DNA from: Candidatus Limnocylindria bacterium
GTDB lineage: Bacteria > Patescibacteriota > Saccharimonadia > Saccharimonadales > JAGQNK01
Direction: 5' to 3'
DNA: 64,000 bases
Assembly (NCBI GenBank): GCA_035489815.1
Contig: DATHJH010000018.1
Location: forward strand, 73,931-137,930
Position numbers and translations under genes: made by a program. A model generated the notes under the pieces. That model made no database searches, was not told the DNA's origin, and was given only the letters and a program-made list of their open reading frames with translations. Each line of letters opens with the position of its first letter. Within the stretch, counting starts at the first letter, position 1. Shown piece by piece: positions 40,184 through 49,087 of the stretch.

Positions 40184-41473
40184 TCAGCCTGTAACAACCT
40201 GCCGGCCCACGCGCTGGGGTGAAACCCAGGTGCTCTTTTGGTCCTGCTGACCAACCAGGCGGTGCGTGCGCATCAGGCATTTGACGACCGCAATGAACTG
40301 GATGAGGTCCATGAGGTAGAAGATAAAGTACAGAAACGGCGTATAACAACTGAGACGCAAGCAGTACAGCTTGGGGAGGTGTTCGTCGTACCAAAGGGTC
40401 AGAAGCGTATAGATGGTGATAGTCAGGTAGGCGCCTGCGAACAGCTGCAGGCTGTGGGTGGCAAGACTGATATAGACGACGTAACCCCAGAGCAGGGGCG
40501 CACATAGAATGGCAAACTCGCCAATAATAGCCATAGGCAGCCGGTACCAGGTAAGCCGCCGCGTGAAGCGTTTGTCCAGGTTGAAGATCAGGTGACGATA
40601 TTTCACCACGTTTTGCAGGCTGCCGTATTTCCAGCGGAACCGTTGTTTGAGCAGGCCCCGAAAGGTGGCCACACCTTCTGTCAGGGCGGTGACGTCGGCG
40701 GCATAGATAATTTTGTAGTTACGGTTCCCCATGTTGCTGATGATCTTGATGCTCAGGCCAATGTCTTCAGTCCAGGTATCGGTGTCATAAAAGCCGACTT
40801 CCTTGAGGACCTCCATGCGATAGGTCGAGGCTACGCCGCCAATGACAAATTCGCTCTTAGTCAGCGAGTAAGTTTTTTTAGAACGGTAACCGATCATGTG
40901 TTCAAACTTTTGCAGGATGCCGAGTATAGTGGGCTCTTCAATAATCCGCACGTTAGCTGCCACGCCGACAATAGAAGGGTCGTCAAAATATGACACGGCG
41001 TTCTTGATCGTGTCATGCTCTAACATAGAGTCGGCGTCAAGCGTCATAACCAGCTTGCCCTTGGCGCGGTGCTGCAGGGCGTAGTTCAGCCCCTGGCCCT
41101 TGCCGACGTTTTTGTACCGACGGACAATACTTAGATCAGTGTCAGGGTGTTCCCGCTTGTATTCCAGGACCAGATTGTAGGTGTTGTCTTTGGACGCGTC
41201 ATCTATGACGATAATCTGGAGGTTCTGGTGGCTGCCAGCCCGTATGGATTGCAGGCAGCGCAAAATAACCTTTTCTTCGTTGTGGGCGGGGATGAGCAGG
41301 GAAACGAGCGGTTCAGCATGTGCGCTATGGCGCCGGGCAGCGGCCAGATGATGCCGCCGCTTGAACTGCCACATGTCGTAAAAATTGGCCCCCACCAGGT
41401 ACATGCCAAAATGCATAACATACATGGCGCTGGTCGCTGCAAAAAGATAGAAAAGGATTAAGCCCCCATCCAT
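40184..41473 (-). CDS. Processive GT2 glycosyltransferase (IcaA/PgaC-like)
   Basis: IPAHNEE, DDAS.D, GKG, DAD, TED, QRFRW, C-terminal TMs. Confidence 0.92.
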   Translation of the reverse strand: MDGGLILFYLFAATSAMYVMHFGMYLVGANFYDMWQFKRRHHLAAARRHSAHAEPLVSLLIPAHNEEKVILRCLQSIRAGSHQNLQIIVIDDASKDNTYNLVLEYKREHPDTDLSIVRRYKNVGKGQGLNYALQHRAKGKLVMTLDADSMLEHDTIKNAVSYFDDPSIVGVAANVRIIEEPTILGILQKFEHMIGYRSKKTYSLTKSEFVIGGVASTYRMEVLKEVGFYDTDTWTEDIGLSIKIISNMGNRNYKIIYAADVTALTEGVATFRGLLKQRFRWKYGSLQNVVKYRHLIFNLDKRFTRRLTWYRLPMAIIGEFAILCAPLLWGYVVYISLATHSLQLFAGAYLTITIYTLLTLWYDEHLPKLYCLRLSCYTPFLYFIFYLMDLIQFIAVVKCLMRTHRLVGQQDQKSTWVSPQRVGRQVVTG

Positions 41474-41474
41474 A

Positions 41475-41717
41475 TCAAGTTTGCTCCTCGGCCCGGGGTT
41501 TATTCCACGTACTTATTTGGGTGACTGGCGGAAACTGGCCGGATCTGGACAGTTTTTTGGTACGCATGTGGTACATCATCCGCACAGCACTCCGCATGAA
41601 GGCTGTAGCCAGGACCATGCTCCAGCTCCCTATACTTACGATTGCTAAAAACACCAGCAGTGCCCGAAAAGAATGCGTTGGCACATACGTGGCACTAACT
41701 ATAGACAGAAGTTGCAT
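41475..41717 (-). CDS. Small membrane protein upstream of the GT2
   Basis: 80 aa, one TM, ends 1 nt before the GT2 start. Confidence 0.45.
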   Translation of the reverse strand: MQLLSIVSATYVPTHSFRALLVFLAIVSIGSWSMVLATAFMRSAVRMMYHMRTKKLSRSGQFPPVTQISTWNKPRAEEQT

Positions 41718-41865
41718 ACTTTGTTCCCATATTTAAACACCCTAAAGCGATCCCCAACTTACCTGATTCGTACAATACCATAGCTATTTCATAATAAGAA
41801 CTTTAATGGCTTAAGTGTTGCAAAAACTACTTTAATATGTGGATAAGTCTTGACGGAAGCCTGCT

Positions 41866-43695
41866 GTGGCGGACTGGTATTCATGCTACTATAGGGTCCT
41901 AAGGATAAGAGGGGTATATGAGGGGGAAAACAGGGTGAAGTTCTGGAGCAAACTGCCTACCGTTCCGCGCGAAACTTTTCTAAGCGTGGGGGTGCTTGGC
42001 GTCATAGGACTGGGTATACTCTCTTTTAACGCTATGAAAGACATGTTTATTGATACCGGCACAGATGGTGTGACGCAAGGCGTATCATCTTACGAGCCGG
42101 ATTTGCTTGATGGCCAGTGGGCCTTCATGCCCGGGGTTACTCATGATGACCAGGGTCTGCGAATCATGCCAACGAAGCTCACTATTGTTGAGCAGGATGG
42201 TTCTGGCGGTCAGGCTAATCCGCCTGTGAACTTGTTTGGCAGTCACCTGGAAGAGGTAACAGACTTTACTATGCACACCAGGCTGGAAGACCTCAAAGAC
42301 AAAGGGATCATTCAGCTGTACGGCCAGGCACCGGTTATTGCCGATGAGTTTCGGGTGGAGCGAAAAAGCATTCGTTTGACGGTGTCATCCAACTCCTTGC
42401 AGGCGGATTGGTGGAACGGTGCCGGCCAGCAGCCTGCAGCCACGCAGTCTTTTGCTTTTGATCAGCAACCTGATCAGCAGTCATCAGTTGACCTGAAGCT
42501 GGTATATAAAGCAGGCGTTGTAACCTTCTGGGTCGATGGCAAAGAGCTTGGCACCCTGGCAGCCGCAGACGTGTTTGCGGACAAGAAGGTGTGGATCGGC
42601 TTGGACGGCACCGACAGCTGGCTGCTGTCCCGGCTGGAAGCCCGGGGCGTGGACGGGTCAGAGCTGGTCCAGGTTGATGCCTCTCAGCTTAGGGTGTCCG
42701 CACAGGGAGACGAAGGTCTACAGGCAGCGGTAGCAAAAAAACGTTCCGATTTTCTGATTGGCACGGCTGCAGCTTTAGGGCCGCTTACTACTGATCCGGC
42801 CTACGCCCGGACCGCGCTGGGCGGTACGTTTGGACTGTTCACCACTGAAAACGCGCTTAAGTGGCAGTTTGTCCACCCCAAACCGGATGAGTACGCCTTC
42901 CAGGAGGCAGATGCGCTGGTTGCCCTGGCTGAAAGACATCAGGTAAAAGTCCATGGGCACACTCTGGTCTTTGGCGAGGCTAACCCGCGCTGGGTGCAGG
43001 ACCTGCCGGTTGGCGACGTGGAAAAGACCATGCTGGACCATATCAAACAGGTTGTCGGCCGGTACCAGGGACGCATGCACAGCTGGGATGTAGTTAACGA
43101 GCCCATTGCTGACTATGATGAATTTGAGCGGGGCGATGCTGAACTGCGCAAACACAAGTGGTTCCAGGCTATGGGCGAGGCCTATATAGCTAAAGCCTTC
43201 CGGGCGGCCCGCGCCGCTGACCCCAAGGCTCAGTTGTTTATGAATGAATACGGGCTGGAGGGAAGCGTGGGCGACGAAGACACCGAACGCTGGGATGCCT
43301 TCCTGGAACTTATCCAGCGGCTACTTGACCAGAAGGTGCCGATTAACGGCGTGGGTTTTCAGGCCCATGTCTATGCGCCGGAGGATCGGATCGACACCAG
43401 GGTGCTAAGGTCCCGTATTCGGATACTGGAGGAGTTGGGGCTGAAAGTACGGATTTCCGAGATGGATGTCTACAGTGACGAAGGTCCAGAGGTACAGGCT
43501 GCCCAGTATGCCGAGGTCCTGCAGGCTTGCGTCGCCGAACCTGGCTGTGCTTCCTTTACTACATGGGGGATTTCGGACAGGTATAACTTTTGGCGGGATG
43601 ATGACGGGTCCCTGCAGCAGGGCGAGGATTTTTTGTGGGACAAAGCTATGCACCCCATTGCAGCTGTCACCAAGATGCTGGAAATTCTCCAATAG
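41866..43695 (+). CDS. GH10 glycoside hydrolase, membrane-anchored (start probably GTG 41935)
   Basis: ENALKW, HGHTLV, WDVVNEP, NEY, GVGFQAH, ISEMD, TWG..D. Confidence 0.92.
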   Translation: MADWYSCYYRVLRIRGVYEGENRVKFWSKLPTVPRETFLSVGVLGVIGLGILSFNAMKDMFIDTGTDGVTQGVSSYEPDLLDGQWAFMPGVTHDDQGLRIMPTKLTIVEQDGSGGQANPPVNLFGSHLEEVTDFTMHTRLEDLKDKGIIQLYGQAPVIADEFRVERKSIRLTVSSNSLQADWWNGAGQQPAATQSFAFDQQPDQQSSVDLKLVYKAGVVTFWVDGKELGTLAAADVFADKKVWIGLDGTDSWLLSRLEARGVDGSELVQVDASQLRVSAQGDEGLQAAVAKKRSDFLIGTAAALGPLTTDPAYARTALGGTFGLFTTENALKWQFVHPKPDEYAFQEADALVALAERHQVKVHGHTLVFGEANPRWVQDLPVGDVEKTMLDHIKQVVGRYQGRMHSWDVVNEPIADYDEFERGDAELRKHKWFQAMGEAYIAKAFRAARAADPKAQLFMNEYGLEGSVGDEDTERWDAFLELIQRLLDQKVPINGVGFQAHVYAPEDRIDTRVLRSRIRILEELGLKVRISEMDVYSDEGPEVQAAQYAEVLQACVAEPGCASFTTWGISDRYNFWRDDDGSLQQGEDFLWDKAMHPIAAVTKMLEILQ

Positions 43696-43710
43696 ATATA
43701 GATATATAGG

Positions 43711-43841
43711 GGCCGGCTCACCCTCCTATGCGTGTTTTAAAGGCTCCAAGCGAAGTGCAGCCGGGTTAATTTTTGACCCTGTGGCAAAAATTAACCGCGC
43801 GAAACGGTCTTTACAAACACGCATAGGAGGGTGAGCCGGCC
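43711..43841. repeat. Element with 27-bp perfect terminal inverted repeats
   Basis: GGCCGGCTCACCCTCCTATGCGTGTTT ... AAACACGCATAGGAGGGTGAGCCGGCC with an inner hairpin. Confidence 0.75.
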
Positions 43842-43904
43842 GGCTTCATAGCAGCTACATACTATTTGCGACAAAACCTGACCCTCAAAACCCCAACCCT
43901 CCAC

Positions 43905-43995
43905 TGTCATTCCCAACTAGACCCAGGAATCCAGTAGATACAAGTAATTAACTTTTCTTTATTGACTGGATACCCGGGTCTGGCCCGGTATGACA
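43905..43995. repeat. REP-like GTCAT/ATGAC doublet
   Basis: TGTCATTCC...GGAATCCAGT ... ACTGGATACC...GGTATGACA. Confidence 0.7.
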
Positions 43996-44150
43996 CGATT
44001 GGAGGTTTTGAGATTCAGGTCGACAAAGCGTTGTATAAATTGTATTGCTATTGCTTTTTAGGGTTATTTAGGATATTATCTAAACTAAAGTTTTAGTTTT
44101 AGGAACTTGAGAGATTAAGCTATATTAACGGGTGGTGCGAGGAGTGTGGA

Positions 44151-46400
44151 ATGAAGCGCATTAAATTTAATGGTCTTTTGGCGATGACCCTGTTAACACT
44201 GGTTGCCCTGGGCAGTTCACTGGTCCGCCAGGCGACTGTGACTGCGGCTGTATTGCCAAATGCACCTACCGGACAGGTGTCTTTTACCTTTGACGACGGG
44301 TTTTCTACCTTTGCCACTAAGGCGGCTCCAGCTTTGGCGGCCCATAACCAGAAGGGCACATTGTACCTGTCAACCGGCTGTGTTGACGGCACAGGAACCT
44401 GCCGCCAGAACGTTGACCCGGCCGCAGAGTACCTGACCTGGGACCAGGTGCAGACACTTAAGAATACTTATGGGTGGGAAATTGGCGCCCACACTGCCAA
44501 CCACCCGCTTATGACCGAAATTACGCCAGCTCAGCTGGAGGCAGAATTTACTGCCAGCAATCAAGCTTTTGCGGCGCATGGTTTGGCACCGACAGCCTTT
44601 GCCACACCTTATGGCGACTACAACAGTTCAGTAGTAGCAGCCATTGCCAGGAACTACACCTCACACCGTGGTTTTCATGACATCGGCTACAATGCCTGGC
44701 CAGCCAATCGCTACCTCTTGCAGGTACAGCAGGTTCAGGCCGGCGTGAGTGTTGCCACCGTCAAGGGCTATATTGATCAAGCCAAGGCTAACAACACCTG
44801 GTTGGTGCTGGTTTTCCACGATATACAGGACAACCCTAGCAGTGACCCTGAAGACTATCAGTTTAGTACTGCTAACCTGGAAGCTGTTGCAGCCTATGCC
44901 CAGGCCCAGAATATCAAAAATGTCAACGTGACCGAAGGTCTGACCACTGGCCAGAGTAACCTGCTGCCTAACAGTGGCTTTGCTAACGGCCTCGGTAGTG
45001 GCTGGAAGACCAACACTCCCGCTAACGTCGTAGCCAACACCGCCGGCAACGGCGCCGTGGCTTCACCGGCTAACTCTGTTGCTATGACTGCCGCCGCCGA
45101 TCAGAACGTCTACCTGTTCTCGCCGACTATCAATATAGACCCCACCCGCCGCTACTGGCTCTCTGCCTACGTAAATACAGTGACTCGTACGAGCGGCGAA
45201 GTAGCCTTCTACGTAGACGAATACGACACCGCCGGCAACTGGATCAGCGGCCAGTATAAGCAAGCTCTGACGGTGCCGGAGTTCAAAGACGCTTCGTTTA
45301 TCTATCAGCCTACCTCTGCGCAGGTTAAAAAGGCCAGCGTGCAAGTAATTGTCACCGCTGGCTCGGGTATCACGACTTACATTGACAACGTCGAATGGTA
45401 TGGCCTGGACGCTGCTGCCGACCCAGATCCTAACCCCACGCCTACGAACCTTAACCTGCTCCCTAATAGTGGCTTCAATAACGGCGTAGGTGATGGATGG
45501 ACAACTGACAATGCTGCAGCTATAGCCAGCGACACCGCCAATCACGGCAGCCCGGCCAGCCCCTCGCACTCTGTCAAGCTGACGGCACCTGCATCTGGCA
45601 ATGCCCACTTGTTTGCGCCAAAGGTAAATGTACAGTCCGGCACGACATATATTGTTAAAGCCTTCCTGAACATCCTGACCCTGAACACCGGCGAAGTAGC
45701 CTTCTACGTAGACGAATACGACACCGCCGGCAACTGGATCAGCGGCCAGTACTTGTTTGCAAAGCGCAATGAAGGTGAAGAGCAGGTAGAGTTTACCTAC
45801 ACTCCTACCTCAAGTAACGTAGCCCGGGCCCAGTTGCAGGTCATCCTGACCGGCAACTCCGGCATCAACGGCTACCTGGATGAGGTTCAGTTCCTGGCAC
45901 CTCAGGGCACGCCTCCTCCGGTTGTTGATCCACCCGCGCCCACACCAACCACGACAGTTCTAGAGACTGCTTTTGCTAACGGCATTGCCGATGGCTGGCA
46001 CACCGATACTGCGACTGCCATTACCGCAGACGCAGCTGGTAACGGCGCTGCCGACGAACCACAGCACTCTGTCAAGTTGGTATCTGGTACTGCTAACGCT
46101 CAGCTGTTTTCACCAAACGTGAACGTGAGCGTAGGCACTACCTACACCCTTGAGAGCTATCTGAATATTGTGCAGTTGGCAAGCGGCGAAGTAGCCTTCT
46201 ACGTAGACGAATACGACACCGCCGGCAACTGGATCAGCGGCCAGTACTTGTACGCCCGCCGTACCGCTGGTACGGTAAACGTCAGCTTCAATTACACGCC
46301 TACTTCGGCTGCAGTTGCTCAGGCGAGCCTGCAGGTCATCCTGACAGGCAACTCTGGCATTACTGCCTACCTGGACAGTATCAAGTGGTTAAGCGCCTAA
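44151..46400 (+). CDS. Secreted CE4/NodB polysaccharide deacetylase with three CBM-like repeats
   Basis: Signal peptide, TFDDG, HTANH, PYG, LVFH; three repeats NLLPNSGF...W...GEVAFYVDEYDTAGNWISGQY. Confidence 0.9.
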   Translation: MKRIKFNGLLAMTLLTLVALGSSLVRQATVTAAVLPNAPTGQVSFTFDDGFSTFATKAAPALAAHNQKGTLYLSTGCVDGTGTCRQNVDPAAEYLTWDQVQTLKNTYGWEIGAHTANHPLMTEITPAQLEAEFTASNQAFAAHGLAPTAFATPYGDYNSSVVAAIARNYTSHRGFHDIGYNAWPANRYLLQVQQVQAGVSVATVKGYIDQAKANNTWLVLVFHDIQDNPSSDPEDYQFSTANLEAVAAYAQAQNIKNVNVTEGLTTGQSNLLPNSGFANGLGSGWKTNTPANVVANTAGNGAVASPANSVAMTAAADQNVYLFSPTINIDPTRRYWLSAYVNTVTRTSGEVAFYVDEYDTAGNWISGQYKQALTVPEFKDASFIYQPTSAQVKKASVQVIVTAGSGITTYIDNVEWYGLDAAADPDPNPTPTNLNLLPNSGFNNGVGDGWTTDNAAAIASDTANHGSPASPSHSVKLTAPASGNAHLFAPKVNVQSGTTYIVKAFLNILTLNTGEVAFYVDEYDTAGNWISGQYLFAKRNEGEEQVEFTYTPTSSNVARAQLQVILTGNSGINGYLDEVQFLAPQGTPPPVVDPPAPTPTTTVLETAFANGIADGWHTDTATAITADAAGNGAADEPQHSVKLVSGTANAQLFSPNVNVSVGTTYTLESYLNIVQLASGEVAFYVDEYDTAGNWISGQYLYARRTAGTVNVSFNYTPTSAAVAQASLQVILTGNSGITAYLDSIKWLSA

Positions 46401-46418
46401 GGCGTCGCACCACATTTA

Positions 46419-46591
46419 GAACCCATCTCATATCTCCATCCCATCCCAAAACCGCCCATTCCGGCGTCAATCCGCCCCAGCTTCCCGGCCGTACCTACAG
46501 GTACGCTCTGGAAAACTGGAACGAATCGCTGCTTGCTTTCTAAAGGAAATGGATCAATTTTGGCATCGGGAGCGAGATATGAAATGGGTTC
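46419..46591. mobile_element. MITE-like element
   Basis: GAACCCATCTCATATCTC ... GAGATATGAAATGGGTTC. Confidence 0.6.
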
Positions 46592-46730
46592 ATAGAAGTT
46601 CTCGGCCAAGCCGGGGACTTTTATTTTATGTTCCTATACCCCATGAAACAGGTTTCAGGGGGACCCCGGGTCTTGGTACCCGGCACGAACCTGTCGCCCA
46701 AAGGGGCTAAAGTAATATGATAAAATAAGC

Positions 46731-46759
46731 TTTACAATATAACATAAAAGTAGTAATAT
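46731..46759 (+). promoter_or_regulatory. Sigma70-type promoter of the LPNTG peptide-sortase-GT2 unit
   Basis: TTTACA-N17-TAATAT. Confidence 0.55.
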
Positions 46760-46863
46760 ATAAGTTAGAGGGATCTCGATGATCTTCTGGTTGATCGCTT
46801 TGGCGGCCTTCCAGGGGTCACATCGGGTCCTTTATTTTATTAACCGATCTAAGGAGTAATGGG

Positions 46864-47037
46864 ATGTACCAAGACGGACTAGGCGCCTCAGGCGTTGTTG
46901 CCGGTGCAGTTGTTTTGCCTAACACAGGCGGAAACAGCGTGCTTATGGTAGCTGCTTACACCAGCATTGTTGTTGGCGCAGCAATTTTGCTTACATCGGC
47001 AGTTCGTTTTGTCGCTAAGCGGGCTACTAAGGCCTAA
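46864..47037 (+). CDS. 57-aa LPNTG micro-protein (not in ORF track)
   Basis: AAGGAG RBS; MYQDGLGASGVVAGAVV-LPNTG-GNSVLMVAAYTSIVVGAAILLTSAV-RFVAKRATKA. Confidence 0.8.
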   Translation: MYQDGLGASGVVAGAVVLPNTGGNSVLMVAAYTSIVVGAAILLTSAVRFVAKRATKA

Positions 47038-47147
47038 ATAGAGACAGACGAAGATACGGGGAGGGAGGACCGCGGCGGTTTATCCGTTTCGGACCTCCCT
47101 TTTTGTTTGAAATTGTTTGAAGCTTATTCGAAAAAGGTGGTTTGACT

Positions 47148-47729
47148 ATGAAAATAACGAGACTTATAAACCTTATCGGCGGTACCCTGGTACTGGCCGG
47201 AACAGTGGTAGTGCTGTACGGCATGTATGCGCGTAGTGCAAATGCGCGTGTCCAGGCGCAGCCGCAAATTACCGCCCAGAACAGTGTCCGTCCACAAATC
47301 ACTGAAGAAAACGTGATTCAGGGTGAACCGGCTGAGCTGGCTATTCCAGGTCTGGGCATAAAAAACTCAGTTATAGCTGGTGTTTTTAACAGCCAGAACG
47401 GACAGTGGACCCTGACGCTGGACAAAGTGCAGCATGCCATCATAACTCATACCCCCAATGACAGCCGGGGCGTTACCTTTCTGTATGGGCATAACCGCCC
47501 GGAGGTCTTTGCCCGCCTGCCGCAGATACAGCCAGGAGCAGAGGCAGTCATAAAGACCAAGAACGGCCACACTTTCCGCTACCGGTTCAAGGACAGCCGG
47601 ACGACTTCTCCGGCAGATGTGTCGGTGTTTGAGTACGACGGACCACCCATCCTGGTACTGCAGACCTGTACGGGAGTTTTCTTCCAGCACCGGCAGCTTT
47701 TTACCTTTGAATTTGTAGGAGTGAAATAA
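47148..47729 (+). CDS. Sortase
   Basis: TM anchor, L.IP.LGI, FLYGHN, LVLQTC, R. Confidence 0.88.
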   Translation: MKITRLINLIGGTLVLAGTVVVLYGMYARSANARVQAQPQITAQNSVRPQITEENVIQGEPAELAIPGLGIKNSVIAGVFNSQNGQWTLTLDKVQHAIITHTPNDSRGVTFLYGHNRPEVFARLPQIQPGAEAVIKTKNGHTFRYRFKDSRTTSPADVSVFEYDGPPILVLQTCTGVFFQHRQLFTFEFVGVK

Positions 47730-47731
47730 TC

Positions 47732-49084
47732 ATGGTTGCAGACGCATTTTTCTACACTTTTATGGCTCTCAGCCTGCTGTATACAATTCATATGGGCCTC
47801 TATATTGTGGGCGCCAATATCTATGATATATGGCAGTACAGCCGCCGTGCCCGCCTGGCAAAAATTCCGCGGCCTCACCGCCGCCGACCGCTGGTCAGCG
47901 TGATCATTCCGGCTTATAACGAGCAGTACAACATTACCCGTACGCTGGATTCAGTGCGGGCCAGTTCTTATAAAAAGATTGAAATAATCGTGGTGGATGA
48001 TGGTTCCAGCGACCAGACTTCCCCGGTGGTACGCGAGTACATCAAGGCGTTGCCGGGCTTTAAAACCTCTTCCTACGTGAAACGCTATGGCAAGAGTGCT
48101 AAACTGTGCCGCCGGTTTGTGCGGGCAGAGGTGGATCGCATCCGCATGATATTGGTGACGCAGAATAACGACGGCAAAGCATCAGCGGTTAATAACGGCG
48201 TCAAAAACCACGCCCATGGCGACCTTATCATGACACTGGACGCCGACTCTATGCTACAGTCAGACGCCATTGGCAATGCCGTACGCTACTTTGAAAACCC
48301 GCGGGTAGTTGGTGTGGCCGCGAATGTCCGGGTGGCTGGCAGCAATACTGCCCTGAGCATCCTGCAAAAGATCGAACACATGATCGGCTACCGGTCCAAG
48401 AAGTTCTACACTATGACCAACTGCGAATTCATCGTGGGCGGCGTGGCTTCGACTTACCGGACAGAGGTACTGAAGGAAGTCGGCTTTTATGACACCGACA
48501 CCCTGACCGAAGACATTGGCCTGAGCATGAAGATCGTAGCCCAAAAAGGCAACCGCGACTGGCGCATTGTCTACGCCGCCGATGTAGTGGCTGGCACCGA
48601 AGGCGTGCAGACCTACAAAGCCCTCTTCAAACAGCGCTATCGCTGGAAGCTGGGTATGCTGCAGAATCTGTTCAGGAATATCGCGCTGACCGGTAACCGG
48701 GACAAAAAGTACAGCCGTATGCTGACCATGTATCGTATTCCTATGGCTTTTCTGGGCGAAGTAATCCTGATGATTGAACCGGTCATGCTGGGCTACATCA
48801 TCTACCTCAGCGTGCTGCATATGACACCGCAGGCTCTGCTGGGTGCCTACGCCACTATTACCCTGTACGTACTGTGGACGCTGTGGCCGGACGAGTATCT
48901 GACGCTGCGGGACAAAATACGCTTCAGTTTCATTGCACCATTTATGTACTTTACCTTTTACATCATGAATGCCGTGCAGATCGTAGCTGTCATCCGCTGC
49001 ATACGAAACTACAAAAAGGTACTTGGCAAAGTAGAAACCGTTGGTCGCTGGATATCGCCTGAACGCGCCAACGCCAGTTCTTAA
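47732..49084 (+). CDS. Processive GT2 glycosyltransferase, paralogue of 40184-41473
   Basis: IPAYNE, DDGS.D, GKA, DAD, TED, QRYRW. Confidence 0.92.
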   Translation: MVADAFFYTFMALSLLYTIHMGLYIVGANIYDIWQYSRRARLAKIPRPHRRRPLVSVIIPAYNEQYNITRTLDSVRASSYKKIEIIVVDDGSSDQTSPVVREYIKALPGFKTSSYVKRYGKSAKLCRRFVRAEVDRIRMILVTQNNDGKASAVNNGVKNHAHGDLIMTLDADSMLQSDAIGNAVRYFENPRVVGVAANVRVAGSNTALSILQKIEHMIGYRSKKFYTMTNCEFIVGGVASTYRTEVLKEVGFYDTDTLTEDIGLSMKIVAQKGNRDWRIVYAADVVAGTEGVQTYKALFKQRYRWKLGMLQNLFRNIALTGNRDKKYSRMLTMYRIPMAFLGEVILMIEPVMLGYIIYLSVLHMTPQALLGAYATITLYVLWTLWPDEYLTLRDKIRFSFIAPFMYFTFYIMNAVQIVAVIRCIRNYKKVLGKVETVGRWISPERANASS

Positions 49085-49087
49085 AGC

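Noticed and set aside
45194-46246. Regularly spaced 63-bp repeats as a CRISPR array or DGR template/variable pair
   Set aside because: They are in-frame parts of protein domain repeats with no adenine-specific differences, and no reverse transcriptase is present
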